64,000 bases of DNA from Deinococcota bacterium. Its GTDB lineage: Bacteria > Deinococcota > Deinococci > Deinococcales > Thermaceae. Shown here piece after piece: positions 48,020 through 58,618 of the stretch. The stretch spans positions 1 to 64,000 of the forward strand of contig JBGFRI010000025.1 of assembly GCA_041695225.1 (NCBI GenBank), given 5' to 3'. Numbering within the stretch: the first letter of the stretch is position 1; each line of letters starts with the position of its first letter. Both the position numbers and the translations under genes were made by a program. Under the pieces are notes generated by a model. That model worked only from the letters and a program-made list of their open reading frames with translations. It was not told the origin of the DNA and did no database searches.

Positions 48020-50086
48020 TTAGCGCTCGCTCGGATGCTCGCTCTCGTGCTGGTGAGACTCGTAGGCCTTGATGATGCGGGCTATCAGGGGGTGGCGCAC
48101 CACGTCCGAGTCCAGAAAGCGTTGCTGGGCAATGCCCTGTATACCCTTCAGGATCCGCATAGCCTCGATCAGACCGCTTTTCTGGGCTTTGGGCAGGTCA
48201 ATCTGGGTGATGTCGCCGGTGATAACCACCCGGCTGTTAAAGCCCATCCGGGTCAGAAACATCTTCATCTGCTCAGGAGTAGTGTTCTGCGCCTCATCGA
48301 GGATGATAAAAGCATCATTTAGAGTGTTGTGGGTGAGGATGTAGTCGTCGGTGACGTAGAGAGAGTCTTCTGCAGCCACACTGATGCACTGGGTGGGCAT
48401 CATACCGGCAGACTCAATGCGCTTGATGTAGCGCATGGGGCGACCTGCTCGGGTGTACTGGTTGGCTTTGCGATCGAGCCTGAAGGGTGCCATATCACTG
48501 GGCAGGCGGAGATCGAGTACGTGGGTGTCGGTGCGATAGTGGATCTCACGGCCCTTGGCCCGGCCGGGTTGGCGACCCTTGGCCAGACGAAGACGACGGT
48601 AGGCCACCCCTCCCAGGGATCGCACCAGCTCGACCACGTCCTCGGCCAGCCGGGCCGAGGTGGTAACATACTGAACCCGGCAGCTTCGTCCCACCTGGGT
48701 ACAGACGTTGCCGTCGGTGTCGAGCAAGCCTTGCAACACCGCCAGCCGCACTTCTGGTGTGTTTTGCAAGAAGAGCTTGGGAATAAACTTGGTAGAGGAG
48801 CGGGTACCCTCGAGGCCCAGCTTGCGCATAGCCTTGGTCAGCGGGTTGCCTACAATCACCCCGCCACGCCCCCCTTGGCGATAATTCAACACATAGTCAA
48901 CCGAGGTTTTTTGCCTGACCTGAATGTCCAGAGGGGACAGGGCTGTCTCCAGGGCCTGGGCTAGGTTGGCATCGGCGGTAGCAAAGGTTGGAGTGGTCTT
49001 GCCAGTGAGGCAGCCGTCGCCTAGCAGCAGGCCCAGGGCGTAGGGGTCAATTGGCACCGGCTGGGCGGGGAAGTGGGCAGGGGCCCGTAGCAGCGGCAGC
49101 TCGTAGCGGTACTGGTGGAAGACCCGCAGATTCTGGGCCAGTTCCTGGGTCTGGAGCAACCTGGGGCCTTTACCCCGCCGCTTGTCGGAGGCAGTCTTGA
49201 CCGCCCACAGGTGCTCGGCACAGGCCAGGGTGAAGGAGCCATCGGTCAGGGTAACCCGGAAAACCTCCTTCTCACCCTGGGGAAAGACCCCCGTGATCTG
49301 AGTCGGCTGTCCACTGGAGCCAATCACATAATCGCCTGGCTCCAGACTCCCCATCTCGCGCCAGCCCAGTGGGGTCAGCACCTTGCTGATGAGTGGTTGA
49401 GCGCGCCCCCTCATGAAAGCCAGCGGCGCTACCTCAATTATTCCCGACTGGATGTACTGGTCAAAACGCTCTGCGTCAATCATGTCGAAAATAGCGTCGT
49501 AGAGTGGGCGCAAGTAGGGGTCAATTTTCGCTTGCAGGTCGCCGGGCAAAAAACCCAGGCGTTCGCCGGCCTCTACCGCTGGCCGGGTCAGGATAATCCG
49601 CTTTACTTTTTTAGCCTTCAAAAACGCTACGGCCATGGCCACGGCCAGGTAGGTCTTGCCGGTACCCGCCGGCCCGATGCCAAAAGTAATGTCGTGGCTG
49701 CTGATGGCTTCCACGTACTGCCGCTGGCCAGGTGTTTTAGGTTTCAGGCGTCCCGGAAGGGCCAGCTCGCTGCCCATAGACGGGGCCACAGTCTCCAAAG
49801 GCAGCGACTGGCCTTGCTCGGCTACCAGAATTACCTGCTCGAGGGTTCCAGCATCAATCTCGGCGCCCTGACGCACCAGTGTCACCAGATCCCGCACGAC
49901 CCTTTCAGCCAGCCGCACCTCGTCGGCCGTACCGGAGATCTGTACCTCCTGGCCCCGCACTACGAGCTGAGCCGGGAGGAGTTTTCGCAGAGTCTTGAGA
50001 TGCTTGTCGCCATGACCCAGCAGGGCCAGGGCTTCCTGCGGCGAGCGCAAGGGTACTACCGCCTGGACTTTCGCACTCTTCTCCAA
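48020..50086 (-). CDS. phoH: PhoH-family ATPase interrupted by an intein
   Basis: [16 protein letters not shown] and GFLPGD motifs; MRGR|...|[14 protein letters not shown]; start TTG 50086 after AGGAG. Confidence 0.93.
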   Translation of the reverse strand: MEKSAKVQAVVPLRSPQEALALLGHGDKHLKTLRKLLPAQLVVRGQEVQISGTADEVRLAERVVRDLVTLVRQGAEIDAGTLEQVILVAEQGQSLPLETVAPSMGSELALPGRLKPKTPGQRQYVEAISSHDITFGIGPAGTGKTYLAVAMAVAFLKAKKVKRIILTRPAVEAGERLGFLPGDLQAKIDPYLRPLYDAIFDMIDAERFDQYIQSGIIEVAPLAFMRGRAQPLISKVLTPLGWREMGSLEPGDYVIGSSGQPTQITGVFPQGEKEVFRVTLTDGSFTLACAEHLWAVKTASDKRRGKGPRLLQTQELAQNLRVFHQYRYELPLLRAPAHFPAQPVPIDPYALGLLLGDGCLTGKTTPTFATADANLAQALETALSPLDIQVRQKTSVDYVLNYRQGGRGGVIVGNPLTKAMRKLGLEGTRSSTKFIPKLFLQNTPEVRLAVLQGLLDTDGNVCTQVGRSCRVQYVTTSARLAEDVVELVRSLGGVAYRRLRLAKGRQPGRAKGREIHYRTDTHVLDLRLPSDMAPFRLDRKANQYTRAGRPMRYIKRIESAGMMPTQCISVAAEDSLYVTDDYILTHNTLNDAFIILDEAQNTTPEQMKMFLTRMGFNSRVVITGDITQIDLPKAQKSGLIEAMRILKGIQGIAQQRFLDSDVVRHPLIARIIKAYESHQHESEHPSER
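48326..49402 (-). mobile_element. Intein (359 aa, Ala1, class-3 signature) with LAGLIDADG homing endonuclease
   Basis: AQPL..KVLTP start; [12 protein letters not shown] and [17 protein letters not shown]...THN followed by extein Thr. Confidence 0.93.
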
Positions 50087-50613
50087 TACTGGCTCCTGGG
50101 CTCGGCTAAGACCTGATGCCAGACCATACCGTTGAGGATGGCACTGGGCGTGGGGGAGAAGGTCCACTTCTGTGCTGCCCTTATCCTGGGCCTGGCCTCA
50201 GCCGGGGCTGGCCTGACGGGTGCTGGCCGCGCTGGCTCCGGCTGCGTGGGGCGCATACCGGCGCGGGCCAGCCGTTCGCGCTCCATTTCCTCCAGCGTTC
50301 TGGGGCGCTGAGCAACAGGCACTTTGGGCCTGGGAGGCGGGCTGGGGCGCGGGCTTACCATGGGCCGCGGAGGTGGGGTACTGGCCGGTGGTCGTACCGG
50401 GGCCGGTGGGCGCGAGGGTGCAGCCTGCTGCGGTGGGGCGGTACTGGCCTGCGAGGGCTGGGTGGGGGGGCGGCGCTCCTCGCCAGGTAAGGGGATCTCG
50501 TCGGGCTCATAGTCTGGAGGCATCTGTTGCCCCCGCCGCGATAACCCCTGCAACAACGGCAGGATTACAAAGAAGAACAAAAAAAGCAGAAGCAGGAGAT
50601 CTTGTAGGTTCAT
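50056..50613 (-). CDS. Membrane-anchored Pro-rich protein (YqfB position of the nfeD-floA operon)
   Basis: N-terminal TM helix; Pro-rich linker; GMVWHQVLAEP C-terminus. Confidence 0.7.
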   Translation of the reverse strand: MNLQDLLLLLFLFFFVILPLLQGLSRRGQQMPPDYEPDEIPLPGEERRPPTQPSQASTAPPQQAAPSRPPAPVRPPASTPPPRPMVSPRPSPPPRPKVPVAQRPRTLEEMERERLARAGMRPTQPEPARPAPVRPAPAEARPRIRAAQKWTFSPTPSAILNGMVWHQVLAEPRSQYWRRVRKSRR

Positions 50614-50720
50614 ACTAACCCCAGGGCTGGTCTGTTGGGCACAGGTGAGCAGGGGTCAGGGCACCCCTCCTCACCTGGCTCCATGATTTTTGGACTTCCT
50701 GCCGAATGTTCATCTGGCTG

Positions 50721-51716
50721 TTATCGAGGCGGGGTTCCACCCTGACCACTTTCGGGGGTACCGCTCGCTCTGCTTATCGAGTCGCGCATCTCGGTATCGG
50801 CTTCGATGTTTTTAAGCTGATAATAGTCCATCACGCCAAGGCGCCCAGCACGCAGGGCCTCAGCCAGGCCCAGCGGCACGGCAGCCTGGGCCTCGACCAG
50901 CTTGGCCCGCATGGCCTCGACCAGAGCGGTATTTTCTTGCTCAACGGCCACCGCCATGGCCCGGCGCTCTTCGGCCTTGGCCTGAGCAATTTTCTTGTCG
51001 GCCTCGGCCTGGTCGGTACGGAGCTGGGCGCCGATGTTCTTGCCCACATCTACCTCGGCGATGTCTACCGAGAGAATCTCAAAGGCCGTACCAGCATCGA
51101 GCCCCTTGTCCAGCACGGTTTTGGACATGCGGTCGGGCTGCTCCAGAACCTGCTTGTGGCTGTGCGACTGGCCAATCGAGGCTACGATCCCCTCGCCTAC
51201 CCTGGCCACAATGGTCTCCTCGCCGGCACCCCCTACCAGTCGGTCAATGTTGGCCCGTACGGTAATGCGGGCCGTAACCAGCAGCTGGATACCATCCTGG
51301 GCCATACCGGCTATCACCGGAGTGCTAATGACCTTGGGGTTGACCGACAAGCGTACTGCTTCCAGCACATCCCTCCCGGCCAGGTCAATGGCAGCGGCAC
51401 GATCAAAATTCAGCCTTATACCGGCTTTATCGGCGGCGATCAGCGCGTCCACCACCCGGTCTACGTTACCTCCGGCCAGGAACTGGGCCTCGAGCTTGCC
51501 GCTTTCTACCGGGATGCCTGCCTTAACGGCTTTGATCATGGGATTGACAATTTTGGCCGGGGGAATCCGGCGGAAGCGCATCCCCACCAGTGCGGTAAGC
51601 GCAACGTTGACACCCGAGAACACGGCCGTAATCCAGAGCGGAACCGGCACCAGGTAGAAAAACAACAAGACCGCCAGTAAAGCCAAGCCTGCGATGATTA
51701 AAGCTCCTAACTCCAT
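50721..51716 (-). CDS. floA: Flotillin-like protein FloA (YqfA)
   Basis: [19 protein letters not shown] and [12 protein letters not shown] motifs. Confidence 0.93.
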   Translation of the reverse strand: MELGALIIAGLALLAVLLFFYLVPVPLWITAVFSGVNVALTALVGMRFRRIPPAKIVNPMIKAVKAGIPVESGKLEAQFLAGGNVDRVVDALIAADKAGIRLNFDRAAAIDLAGRDVLEAVRLSVNPKVISTPVIAGMAQDGIQLLVTARITVRANIDRLVGGAGEETIVARVGEGIVASIGQSHSHKQVLEQPDRMSKTVLDKGLDAGTAFEILSVDIAEVDVGKNIGAQLRTDQAEADKKIAQAKAEERRAMAVAVEQENTALVEAMRAKLVEAQAAVPLGLAEALRAGRLGVMDYYQLKNIEADTEMRDSISRASGTPESGQGGTPPR

Positions 51717-51801
51717 GAACTCCTCCTTGTGAAACCCAGTGCAAACATCAGCATTCTACATCTAGATGTGCGCGCAAGCGCACACCAGACCAAACTTTAC
51801 C

Positions 51802-53082
51802 CTAACCCTCGAGCCCGCGCACAACCACCCGGGGGCCCTCTACCTGAATCACCCGGACTTTCTGGCCCCGCTTAATGTACTCACCCGAGCTCACCACGTC
51901 TACCCGGCGGTCGCCAAACTGTGCGGTGCCTGCCGGGCGCAGGTCGGTAAGGGCGGTCCCGACAGCCCCCAAAAGGACGTCCAGTTCGTTTTTGGGGGGC
52001 GCTACTGCTTCTACTGCACTGCTTAACACAAAGGGCCGGACCGCGCGTACCCTGGGTATATAGCGGAAAAACAAAAACAGGCCCACTGCAAGGGTAATGA
52101 GCGCAATCGCCCCAACCTGTAAAGCCTGATCGCCAAAGGTAAAGTACATTGAAGCTCCGATAAGCCCCAGGCCCAGCAAGCCCGCAACACCAAACCCAGG
52201 GGTGATGAACAGCTCAAATGCCACCAGCAGTAAGCCAGCAAAAAACAGGATAACCGCCACCGCAGTGGTGAGGCCTGCCAAAAACCCCCCCAGGAAGAAC
52301 AGGCTCAAGGAGGTGAGGCCGACAATTGCGGGAATAAAAGTTCCAGGGGTAAAGAACTCTAAAACCAGTCCCAGGATACCTACCGCCAGCAGGATGGCTG
52401 CCACGGTGGGGTCGGTCAGGAAGCGCGCCACGCGCACTTCCGGGCCCGGCTGAATCTCAACCGTGTCGAGGCTAAAACCAGCTTTCTCGAGGGCGGCCCT
52501 TAGACTGGCAACCTCGGCATCGGCTACCTTCAGCTCGACTGCTCGTCTGGCGGAGAGCGTGAGAGGCTCACCTTTGGCGGTGATGCCCTGGATCACCACC
52601 TCGGGGTCTACCATGGCCTCGGCGAGATTGACCGGGCGCCCCCTGGCCTCGGCCACCGACCGGAACTTAGTTCTGAGCGCAGCGATCACCTTGCGGTCGG
52701 CGGGCTGCGCCTGACCGACAAGGGGAATTACTGTAATGGGCAGGGCGGCCCCAATGGCGGAACCTGGCATCATCATGATCTGCTGGGCGGCCAGCGAGAT
52801 CAGAGCACCTGCAGAAAAGCCATTTTCTACCACTGCCAAAGTAGGCAGAGGAGTGGCAAGGATGCGGTTAGTGATACGGAAAGCTGCATCAACCCGCCCA
52901 CCCGGGGTGTTGACCCGGAAAACCACTCCACTGGCCCCCTCGCGCTCTGCCTGGTCAAGCGAGTTTTCAACAAACGTGGCCAGAGGCATGTCTATGGGAC
53001 CCTCGATAGGTATAACAAAGGTACTGGCCTGGGCAAAGGAGGCAGTTATGACGAAAGCGAAAAGTAAGTTTCTCACCAGCAT
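51802..53082 (-). CDS. nfeD: NfeD-family membrane protein (YqeZ-like)
   Basis: NTPGG, SAGALI and IGAA motifs; TM block; OB-fold TDLRPAG; start 53082 or 53076. Confidence 0.9.
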   Translation of the reverse strand: MLVRNLLFAFVITASFAQASTFVIPIEGPIDMPLATFVENSLDQAEREGASGVVFRVNTPGGRVDAAFRITNRILATPLPTLAVVENGFSAGALISLAAQQIMMMPGSAIGAALPITVIPLVGQAQPADRKVIAALRTKFRSVAEARGRPVNLAEAMVDPEVVIQGITAKGEPLTLSARRAVELKVADAEVASLRAALEKAGFSLDTVEIQPGPEVRVARFLTDPTVAAILLAVGILGLVLEFFTPGTFIPAIVGLTSLSLFFLGGFLAGLTTAVAVILFFAGLLLVAFELFITPGFGVAGLLGLGLIGASMYFTFGDQALQVGAIALITLAVGLFLFFRYIPRVRAVRPFVLSSAVEAVAPPKNELDVLLGAVGTALTDLRPAGTAQFGDRRVDVVSSGEYIKRGQKVRVIQVEGPRVVVRGLEG

Positions 53083-53731
53083 TATCTTAGCAAGACGGGT
53101 CGAGGGGAGTGTAACGTAATAGAGGGTAGGGGTAGGCTCATACCGCGCCCGGGACATACGTCCCGGCATACTTGCACCAGAGGTAGCAGACTGGCTACTG
53201 CCCTGGCTCAGTGACTCGGGAGGTTATACCTGGTGCACCTTCATATTCATCCACCCCTACAGCTTGCACGCGGCTGCCCGGTCGGTTAACCCTCTGAGAG
53301 CAGGTCTCACTCTTGCGACACAAGGCAGATTGTGTTGACTGCGGCCTTCAATAAAGCCACTGCCTGGGATAGCCGCAGTCAACGGCAGAAGCCGTGCCGG
53401 GTATGCCAAAACTAAGTTGACAGTTTGTTGGCCTGTGTCCACAAGCACGCTGCACCAAGGAGCAGAAGACCCTTTGCGCCAGCCAAAAGCCCAAGAAACC
53501 GGACAATCATGCCGTTTCAGGTGGCGCGATGAACTGAAATGGTGGGCCTCCGGCAGCTCGTTAAAAGCCTCGTTACACCCACGTTGTACCTCTTTGGCCA
53601 GCCTTCACAGCCCTTAACGGACCGGCACAACCCGCTACCCATGCGAGCCAACCCCGATAACGGAGGGATTACGGTGGTGCTCGTACCCTCTACCAAGTGA
53701 GCCAGCCCTGCCCCCGTCTAGGTGAAGTTTG

Positions 53732-54946
53732 ATGAACAAAGTCAGGACGTGTAGCTCGTGCGGATCGGGTGAGATAACATCCTTTCTAAGTCTGGGAAGG
53801 CTACCCCTGTGCAGCACCGTGAGGGCCGATCAACTTACCACCCCTGAAGAGAGGCGGAGTCTCGAGGTGGGCTTTTGCAGGCGTTGTGGGCTGGTTCAAC
53901 TGACCAGCCGCCCAGTTGAGGATAGCTATCCGGCCTCTGTCGCACCCATATATAATGGACTGCTGCAGCGGCTCATGCAGAACTATCGGCTGGGAACCCA
54001 CCACCTGGTGCTGGCAATGGAGGGCAGCAGCCCAGAACTGATGCGCCAGTTGATGCAAGCCGGGGTACAGGTGGATTATCTCGAGACCCATCCTGAGCGC
54101 AGAAAAACGGCCTTGACCAAAGGGATTCCTACCCGCCACGAGCACTTTGATCGCAACTATGCTAACCAGCTGCGCCAGGAGGGAATGTGGGCCGATGTGG
54201 TGCTGGCCAATCAGCTTTTAGTCTACAGGAGTGACCTCAATGGCTTGCTGGAGAGCCTCGCTGCGGTGCTCAAAGTGAGCGGTTGGCTGGTAATGGAGAT
54301 GCCTTATGTGCACGACATGTTAAGGGCCAGGCAGTTTGAGCATTTCACTCACCAGCAACAACACTATTTTTCGGTTAGTGCCTTGCAGGAATTAGCTCGC
54401 CGACACGGCCTGTGGCTGCAGCGGGTCGAGCGGCTATCAGAGGGTTATCTACGATACTACCTGGGTAAAGCCCACCAAGCCGAACCCTCGGTTGGCTGGT
54501 ATTTGGCGGAAGAGCAAAAGCTGGGCCCAACCGGGGCGGCCTATTACCTCGAGTTCGCCTCCCACATTGCCGCGGTACGCGAAGCACTGGTGGCCCTGCT
54601 GACCGAGCTTCGTGCCCGCGGGCGCAGAGTAGCAGCTTACGGCGCGAATGCACAGGGCGCAGCATTACTCAACTACGTGGGGCTGGGCCGAGAAGTTATT
54701 GAATTTGTGGCGGACGACGATATGAGTATGCACGGTCGCTGCATGGCTGGAGTGCATGTGCCAATCTACAGTACCCACAAACTCTTAGAAGAACAGCCCG
54801 ACTATCTGCTACTGCTAAAGGGCCAGACAGAGCTCGAAACGATAGCCCGTCAAAATCGGGAGTACTTGAAACGAGGTGGAAAATTTATCGTGGCCTTGCC
54901 TTACCCCGAGATTCTGAACCCGCTCCCCGAGCCAGTGATAGATTAA
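53732..54946 (+). CDS. NDP-sugar C-methyltransferase-like protein with N-terminal Zn-binding domain
   Basis: CSSC...CRRCGLVQL, HYFS, AAYGA..G..LLNY, PDYLLL and GGKFIVALP motifs. Confidence 0.78.
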   Translation: MNKVRTCSSCGSGEITSFLSLGRLPLCSTVRADQLTTPEERRSLEVGFCRRCGLVQLTSRPVEDSYPASVAPIYNGLLQRLMQNYRLGTHHLVLAMEGSSPELMRQLMQAGVQVDYLETHPERRKTALTKGIPTRHEHFDRNYANQLRQEGMWADVVLANQLLVYRSDLNGLLESLAAVLKVSGWLVMEMPYVHDMLRARQFEHFTHQQQHYFSVSALQELARRHGLWLQRVERLSEGYLRYYLGKAHQAEPSVGWYLAEEQKLGPTGAAYYLEFASHIAAVREALVALLTELRARGRRVAAYGANAQGAALLNYVGLGREVIEFVADDDMSMHGRCMAGVHVPIYSTHKLLEEQPDYLLLLKGQTELETIARQNREYLKRGGKFIVALPYPEILNPLPEPVID

Positions 54947-55332
54947 TCTCCCCCGTGCCCGGCCACTACATCGCCCCGATTTCGCTTGAAATTTGCACGC
55001 AACAGGGCAGATCTTTGGCACTTATGGCCCAGCCAGTGTGTTGTCCATTGCTAGTTTTTTGAGCTGCCTGGGAGGGGAATTCCACACCCACACTCCAAGA
55101 GCGCCATGGTCGAAAAATCCGATCTTCGATCGGGGTGATTGCCCAGCTTGCAGTACAGCAGTTCAGATTTTTGGCTACCACAAGCTCCGCAACCGGCGCC
55201 AGATTACCGCCTTGTCTGCAAGAAAAAGACTTTGTAGAGTGGTTAAAGGCTCATTGATGGCCAGACCATACTTGCCAAAACTTCGTTCGATGCGGTCAGC
55301 AGGGTTGTAGACCGCGACGTGACACTGCACAA

Positions 55333-56442
55333 TTGCTTTGTGTGAATGAGGTCGAAGTTCTTACCGAGGCTGCCCAGAGACTGGGCTTTTTGGTGGCGTG
55401 GGCCGGTGTGGATCTGCCGCAAGAAACCCAAAAACGCTACCGAGACTGGGCTCTAGAGGGCAAACAGGCCGAAATGGGCTATCTGACCAGGCATCTGGCT
55501 ACCAGACTCAGCCCCTCTCGGCGTTTTGAGTGGGCCAGAAGCGTACTGGTTCTGGCCGCCCCCCATGCCTACCCACCGCCCGAAAGACCGCCCGGTGGGG
55601 TTCGCCTGGGCCGGGTGGCCCGCTATGCCTGGGTGCGGGACTACCACCGGCTTTTGGCGCCACATCTGCTCGAACTAAAGCGCCTGGCCCAAAGCCTGGG
55701 TTTGCTAGCCAGAGGCTATGTGGACACCGGCCCCCTATCCGAGCGCTCCCATGCCGTGATGGGAGGTTTGGGCTGGATTGGGCGCAACGCCATGCTGATG
55801 CGGATGGGGGAGGGTACCTACCTGACGCTGGCGGTCTTGTTGACCAGCGCACCCCTGCCCCCTACCGTGGCTCCCTACCCGGGCCGCTGTGGAACCTGTA
55901 GTCGCTGCGTCACTGGCTGCCCAACAGGGGCGCTGTTGGGTGATGGAACGCTGGACTCTAGGCTCTGCATCAGCTACTGGACCATCGAGCACCGCGGCCC
56001 CATTCCCGCTTCGCTGTGGGCGGGCATGGGAGAGTGGCTTTTTGGCTGCGATGTCTGCCAGGAGGTCTGCCCCTGGAACCGCAAGGCCCGGTCGTTCTGG
56101 CGGGGCTTTGCCCCCGAACCCGAGCTGGCCTACCCCAACCTCGAGGACTTCTTCCAGCTTTCGTCCAAAGCTTTCGAACGCAAATATGCTGGGACAGTTT
56201 TTCTGCGTCCGGGCCGCACCCGCATGGCCCGCAACGCCCTGGTGGTGCTGGCCAACCTGGGCAACCCAGACTACCTGCCCCTGGTGCGCCAGGGGGCCAA
56301 GGATGTCAGCCCAATTGTAAGGGCCACGGCAGCCCAGGCCCTTGCCCGGCTGGGCGACTGTGGCTCGCTGGTTCCACTGACGCAAGACCTCGAGCCATCG
56401 GTAGCTAGGCTGGCCCGGGGTTTGCTGGAGTTGCATGGTTGA
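55333..56442 (+). CDS. queG: Epoxyqueuosine reductase
   Basis: ARYAW.RDYH, VDTGP, CGTCSRCVTGCPTGA, CISYWTIE and GCDVCQEVCPWN motifs. Confidence 0.95.
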   Translation: MLCVNEVEVLTEAAQRLGFLVAWAGVDLPQETQKRYRDWALEGKQAEMGYLTRHLATRLSPSRRFEWARSVLVLAAPHAYPPPERPPGGVRLGRVARYAWVRDYHRLLAPHLLELKRLAQSLGLLARGYVDTGPLSERSHAVMGGLGWIGRNAMLMRMGEGTYLTLAVLLTSAPLPPTVAPYPGRCGTCSRCVTGCPTGALLGDGTLDSRLCISYWTIEHRGPIPASLWAGMGEWLFGCDVCQEVCPWNRKARSFWRGFAPEPELAYPNLEDFFQLSSKAFERKYAGTVFLRPGRTRMARNALVVLANLGNPDYLPLVRQGAKDVSPIVRATAAQALARLGDCGSLVPLTQDLEPSVARLARGLLELHG

Positions 56443-56527
56443 TAACAGGGCCGGAAGATCAACATGGTACGCCCTTGGTTAGCCCGACACCTATAGCCAT
56501 GCCCCAGCCAATCTTCGGGAGACCAGC

Positions 56528-56733
56528 TTGGAACTTTCAGCCGTTTTGACACCCGTCCCGGAAGGTTGTTCCGTAGCCTTCAACCCTGAAACTGACACGA
56601 CCACTCAGGGTGAAACCGTCGAGAAGGCTCTGAACAATCTGCAAGAAGCAACCATGCTTTACCTCGAGGAGTTTGCGCTCTCCGTCTGCGGCCCCCTTTG
56701 CTGACCACGTTCCTAGTGCCGGAGCGTGCCTAA
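56528..56733 (+). pseudogene. hicB: hicB antitoxin, frameshifted near 56695
   Basis: ELSAVLTP..TQGETVEKALNNLQEATMLYLEE stops at 56704; expected tail PLLTTFLVPERA* lies in another frame and overlaps the hicA start. Confidence 0.75.
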
Positions 56734-56914
56734 GCTGCCCGTCGTTTCCGGTGCAGAGGTCATTGGCGCGATGGAGCGTTTGGGCTTCGTTGTTGTAGGC
56801 CAGCGGGGCAGCCACCTTGTCATGCGGCGCGGCTCAATGGGCTGCGTTGTGCCCAACTACCGCTCGTTGAAGCCGGCACCCTGGCTGGCCTTGTTCGCAC
56901 GCTCAAATTGGTGA
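56726..56914 (+). pseudogene. hicA: hicA toxin, frameshifted/truncated
   Basis: MPKLPVVSG..LGF...QRGSH..VVP; conserved GTLAGL continues only in a shifted frame near 56872. Confidence 0.78.
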
Positions 56915-57000
56915 CCGGATCTTCCCAGACCCCGCGGGCGGCTGAGGCTGGCCGTTGGGCGATATAAGCCCGTGTTGTATCCTACTTCCAGGAGAGTAGG

Positions 57001-57234
57001 ATGCCGAAAATTATCGAGGCTGTTTTCGACGGTGAGGTATTGCGACCGGTTGAACCTGTGGAACTGAAGCCTCAGACGCGCGTTCGCATCACCCTGGAGG
57101 TGACCGGTGAACCTGCTTTTAAACCGGCGTCGTTCCTGCAAACGGCACGGTCTCTTAATCTGGAAGGTCCGGCTGACTGGTCGGCACGCTTAGACGAGTA
57201 TCTCTATGGCGACAAGCGTCCTGAAAACGGCTGA
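57001..57234 (+). CDS. AF2212/DUF104-like antitoxin
   Basis: IEAVFDGEVLRP and DWSARLDEYLYG motifs; overlaps the PIN gene. Confidence 0.82.
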   Translation: MPKIIEAVFDGEVLRPVEPVELKPQTRVRITLEVTGEPAFKPASFLQTARSLNLEGPADWSARLDEYLYGDKRPENG

Positions 57235-57649
57235 GGTCTTCCTGGATACCTCTTACGCTATTGCGCTGTCGTCGCCACGCGACCAATTTCATGAGCGCGC
57301 CGCTCTGCTCGCAGAGGCCTTAGAAGCCGGAGCTGCCAAGCTGGTCACGACGCGGGCGGTCATGTTGGAAATCGGCAATGCCCTGGCTGAGCCCAAATAC
57401 CGTCTGGCTCCCGTACACCTCCTTGACTCACTCGAAGTGGATGAGCGTGTCGAGATCATTGCTCTTACTGAAGGACTCTATAAGCAAGCTTTCCAGCTTT
57501 ACCAAAGTCGTCTGGACAAGGCTTGGAGCCTGACCGATTGCGCGTCATTTGTACTTATGGGGGAGCGTGGCATGACAGAAGCGCTTACTACCGACAGGCA
57601 TTTTGAACAGGCAGGCTTTCGGGCTTTGCTGCGAGAGGAACTTGAGTGA
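57206..57649 (+). CDS. vapC: VapC-family PIN toxin
   Basis: FLDTS, E, SLTDCASF and TTDRHFEQAGF motifs; start uncertain. Confidence 0.88.
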   Translation: MATSVLKTAEVFLDTSYAIALSSPRDQFHERAALLAEALEAGAAKLVTTRAVMLEIGNALAEPKYRLAPVHLLDSLEVDERVEIIALTEGLYKQAFQLYQSRLDKAWSLTDCASFVLMGERGMTEALTTDRHFEQAGFRALLREELE

Positions 57650-57655
57650 AGCGCC

Positions 57656-57761
57656 TCCCAACAAAAGCTGCAAGAGACGCTCCTGTAGCCATCTTGCTTT
57701 CTTTACAACCCCAGCCAACTGGTGCTTGTGCTGGGGTGCCCTCGATCCTCGTTGTTAGAAC
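57656..57761 (+). other. Degenerate attC-like recombination site
   Basis: TCCCAAC 7 nt after the vapC stop; imperfect arms; ends GTTAGAAC. Confidence 0.5.
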
Positions 57762-57866
57762 GAATTAAGGTAGCGCGAAGCGTGGGAGTGCCGGGGGCTG
57801 CTCGAGGCTCTACGCCGTTGGGGGCCAAGGGGCTTTCTAAGGCTGTGTAGCAGGCAGCGTAGAACT
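57754..57866 (+). repeat. Non-coding unit duplicated at 59618-59727
   Basis: TCGAGGCTCTACGCCGTTGG(G/T)GGCCAAGGG, 29/30 identical (57802-31 vs 59663-92), with weaker similarity on both sides. Confidence 0.85.
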
Positions 57867-58001
57867 AGGCACGAGCTAAGACCTGAGCCCCACGCCCAAG
57901 TCGCAAAGTCAGCGCGTCTGAACTCCGCCCCGTTTGGCAGTTGCGCTAACCTCGAATGGGAGCGAAAGGGGAGGAAAGTAGGTGGTCAGGCAGTTTTGGT
58001 T

Positions 58002-58604
58002 TTACTGAGCGTCTTGATCGGCACCGGACTTTTGAACAGATGTGAGATTAAACTTTTGAAGCAGGCAAGCCAGTACAGCGCGTTGATCATCAATGGTTGC
58101 CCGCCTAATCTGCGACAGCAGATGAATTTGGCTTGATTTTGGCGGCGCCGTGTTCTGCAACCCCTCGTTACAATTTGTGCAGACAGCGCGCAGGTTTTGC
58201 GGAGAATCATCCCCACCTTTGGACTTGTCTATGATGTGTCCGAGCGTGAGCCGAATTGTGCGCGAAGGGTTGAATAGATCAGGATCACCAGCAGCAACAC
58301 CGCACATCTGACAGGTGTAACCGTTGCGCTCCAGCACCCACGCGCGAGTTTCTTTCGAGATGCCGCGTTTGAATCCGGGCATGCGGTTTGTCGTCATCAA
58401 CAAGTACTGGCCGGGCTTTAGGTCGGCGCGATCTTTATGGGAGAGGATTTGATACCCTTCTTCATTACGTAATTCACGCACTCGCCGCGCCCATTCGACA
58501 GCACCGCCGCTCGCTGCTTGAATATCTTTGGATTCCACAACTTTCCCGACATTGGCGAGAAAGTATTCTAAGATTCGTTGCTTTGATCCGTGTTTGGAGG
58601 GCAT
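58002..58604 (-). CDS. HNH endonuclease, putative type II restriction enzyme
   Basis: CQMCG...GHIIDKSKGG...NLRAVCTNCN; helical N-terminal domain; directly downstream of an MTase. Confidence 0.82.
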   Translation of the reverse strand: MPSKHGSKQRILEYFLANVGKVVESKDIQAASGGAVEWARRVRELRNEEGYQILSHKDRADLKPGQYLLMTTNRMPGFKRGISKETRAWVLERNGYTCQMCGVAAGDPDLFNPSRTIRLTLGHIIDKSKGGDDSPQNLRAVCTNCNEGLQNTAPPKSSQIHLLSQIRRATIDDQRAVLACLLQKFNLTSVQKSGADQDAQ

Positions 58605-58618
58605 GATGTGCGGGTTTG

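Noticed and set aside
49115..51680. 333-aa and 324-aa plus-strand ORFs
   Set aside because: Antisense shadows of phoH and floA.
53100..53720. c-di-GMP or other known riboswitch
   Set aside because: Only scattered partial motif resemblance; consensus spacing not met.
54950..55330. Short ORFs between the methyltransferase and queG
   Set aside because: Interrupted frames with no identifiable family; possibly decayed DNA.
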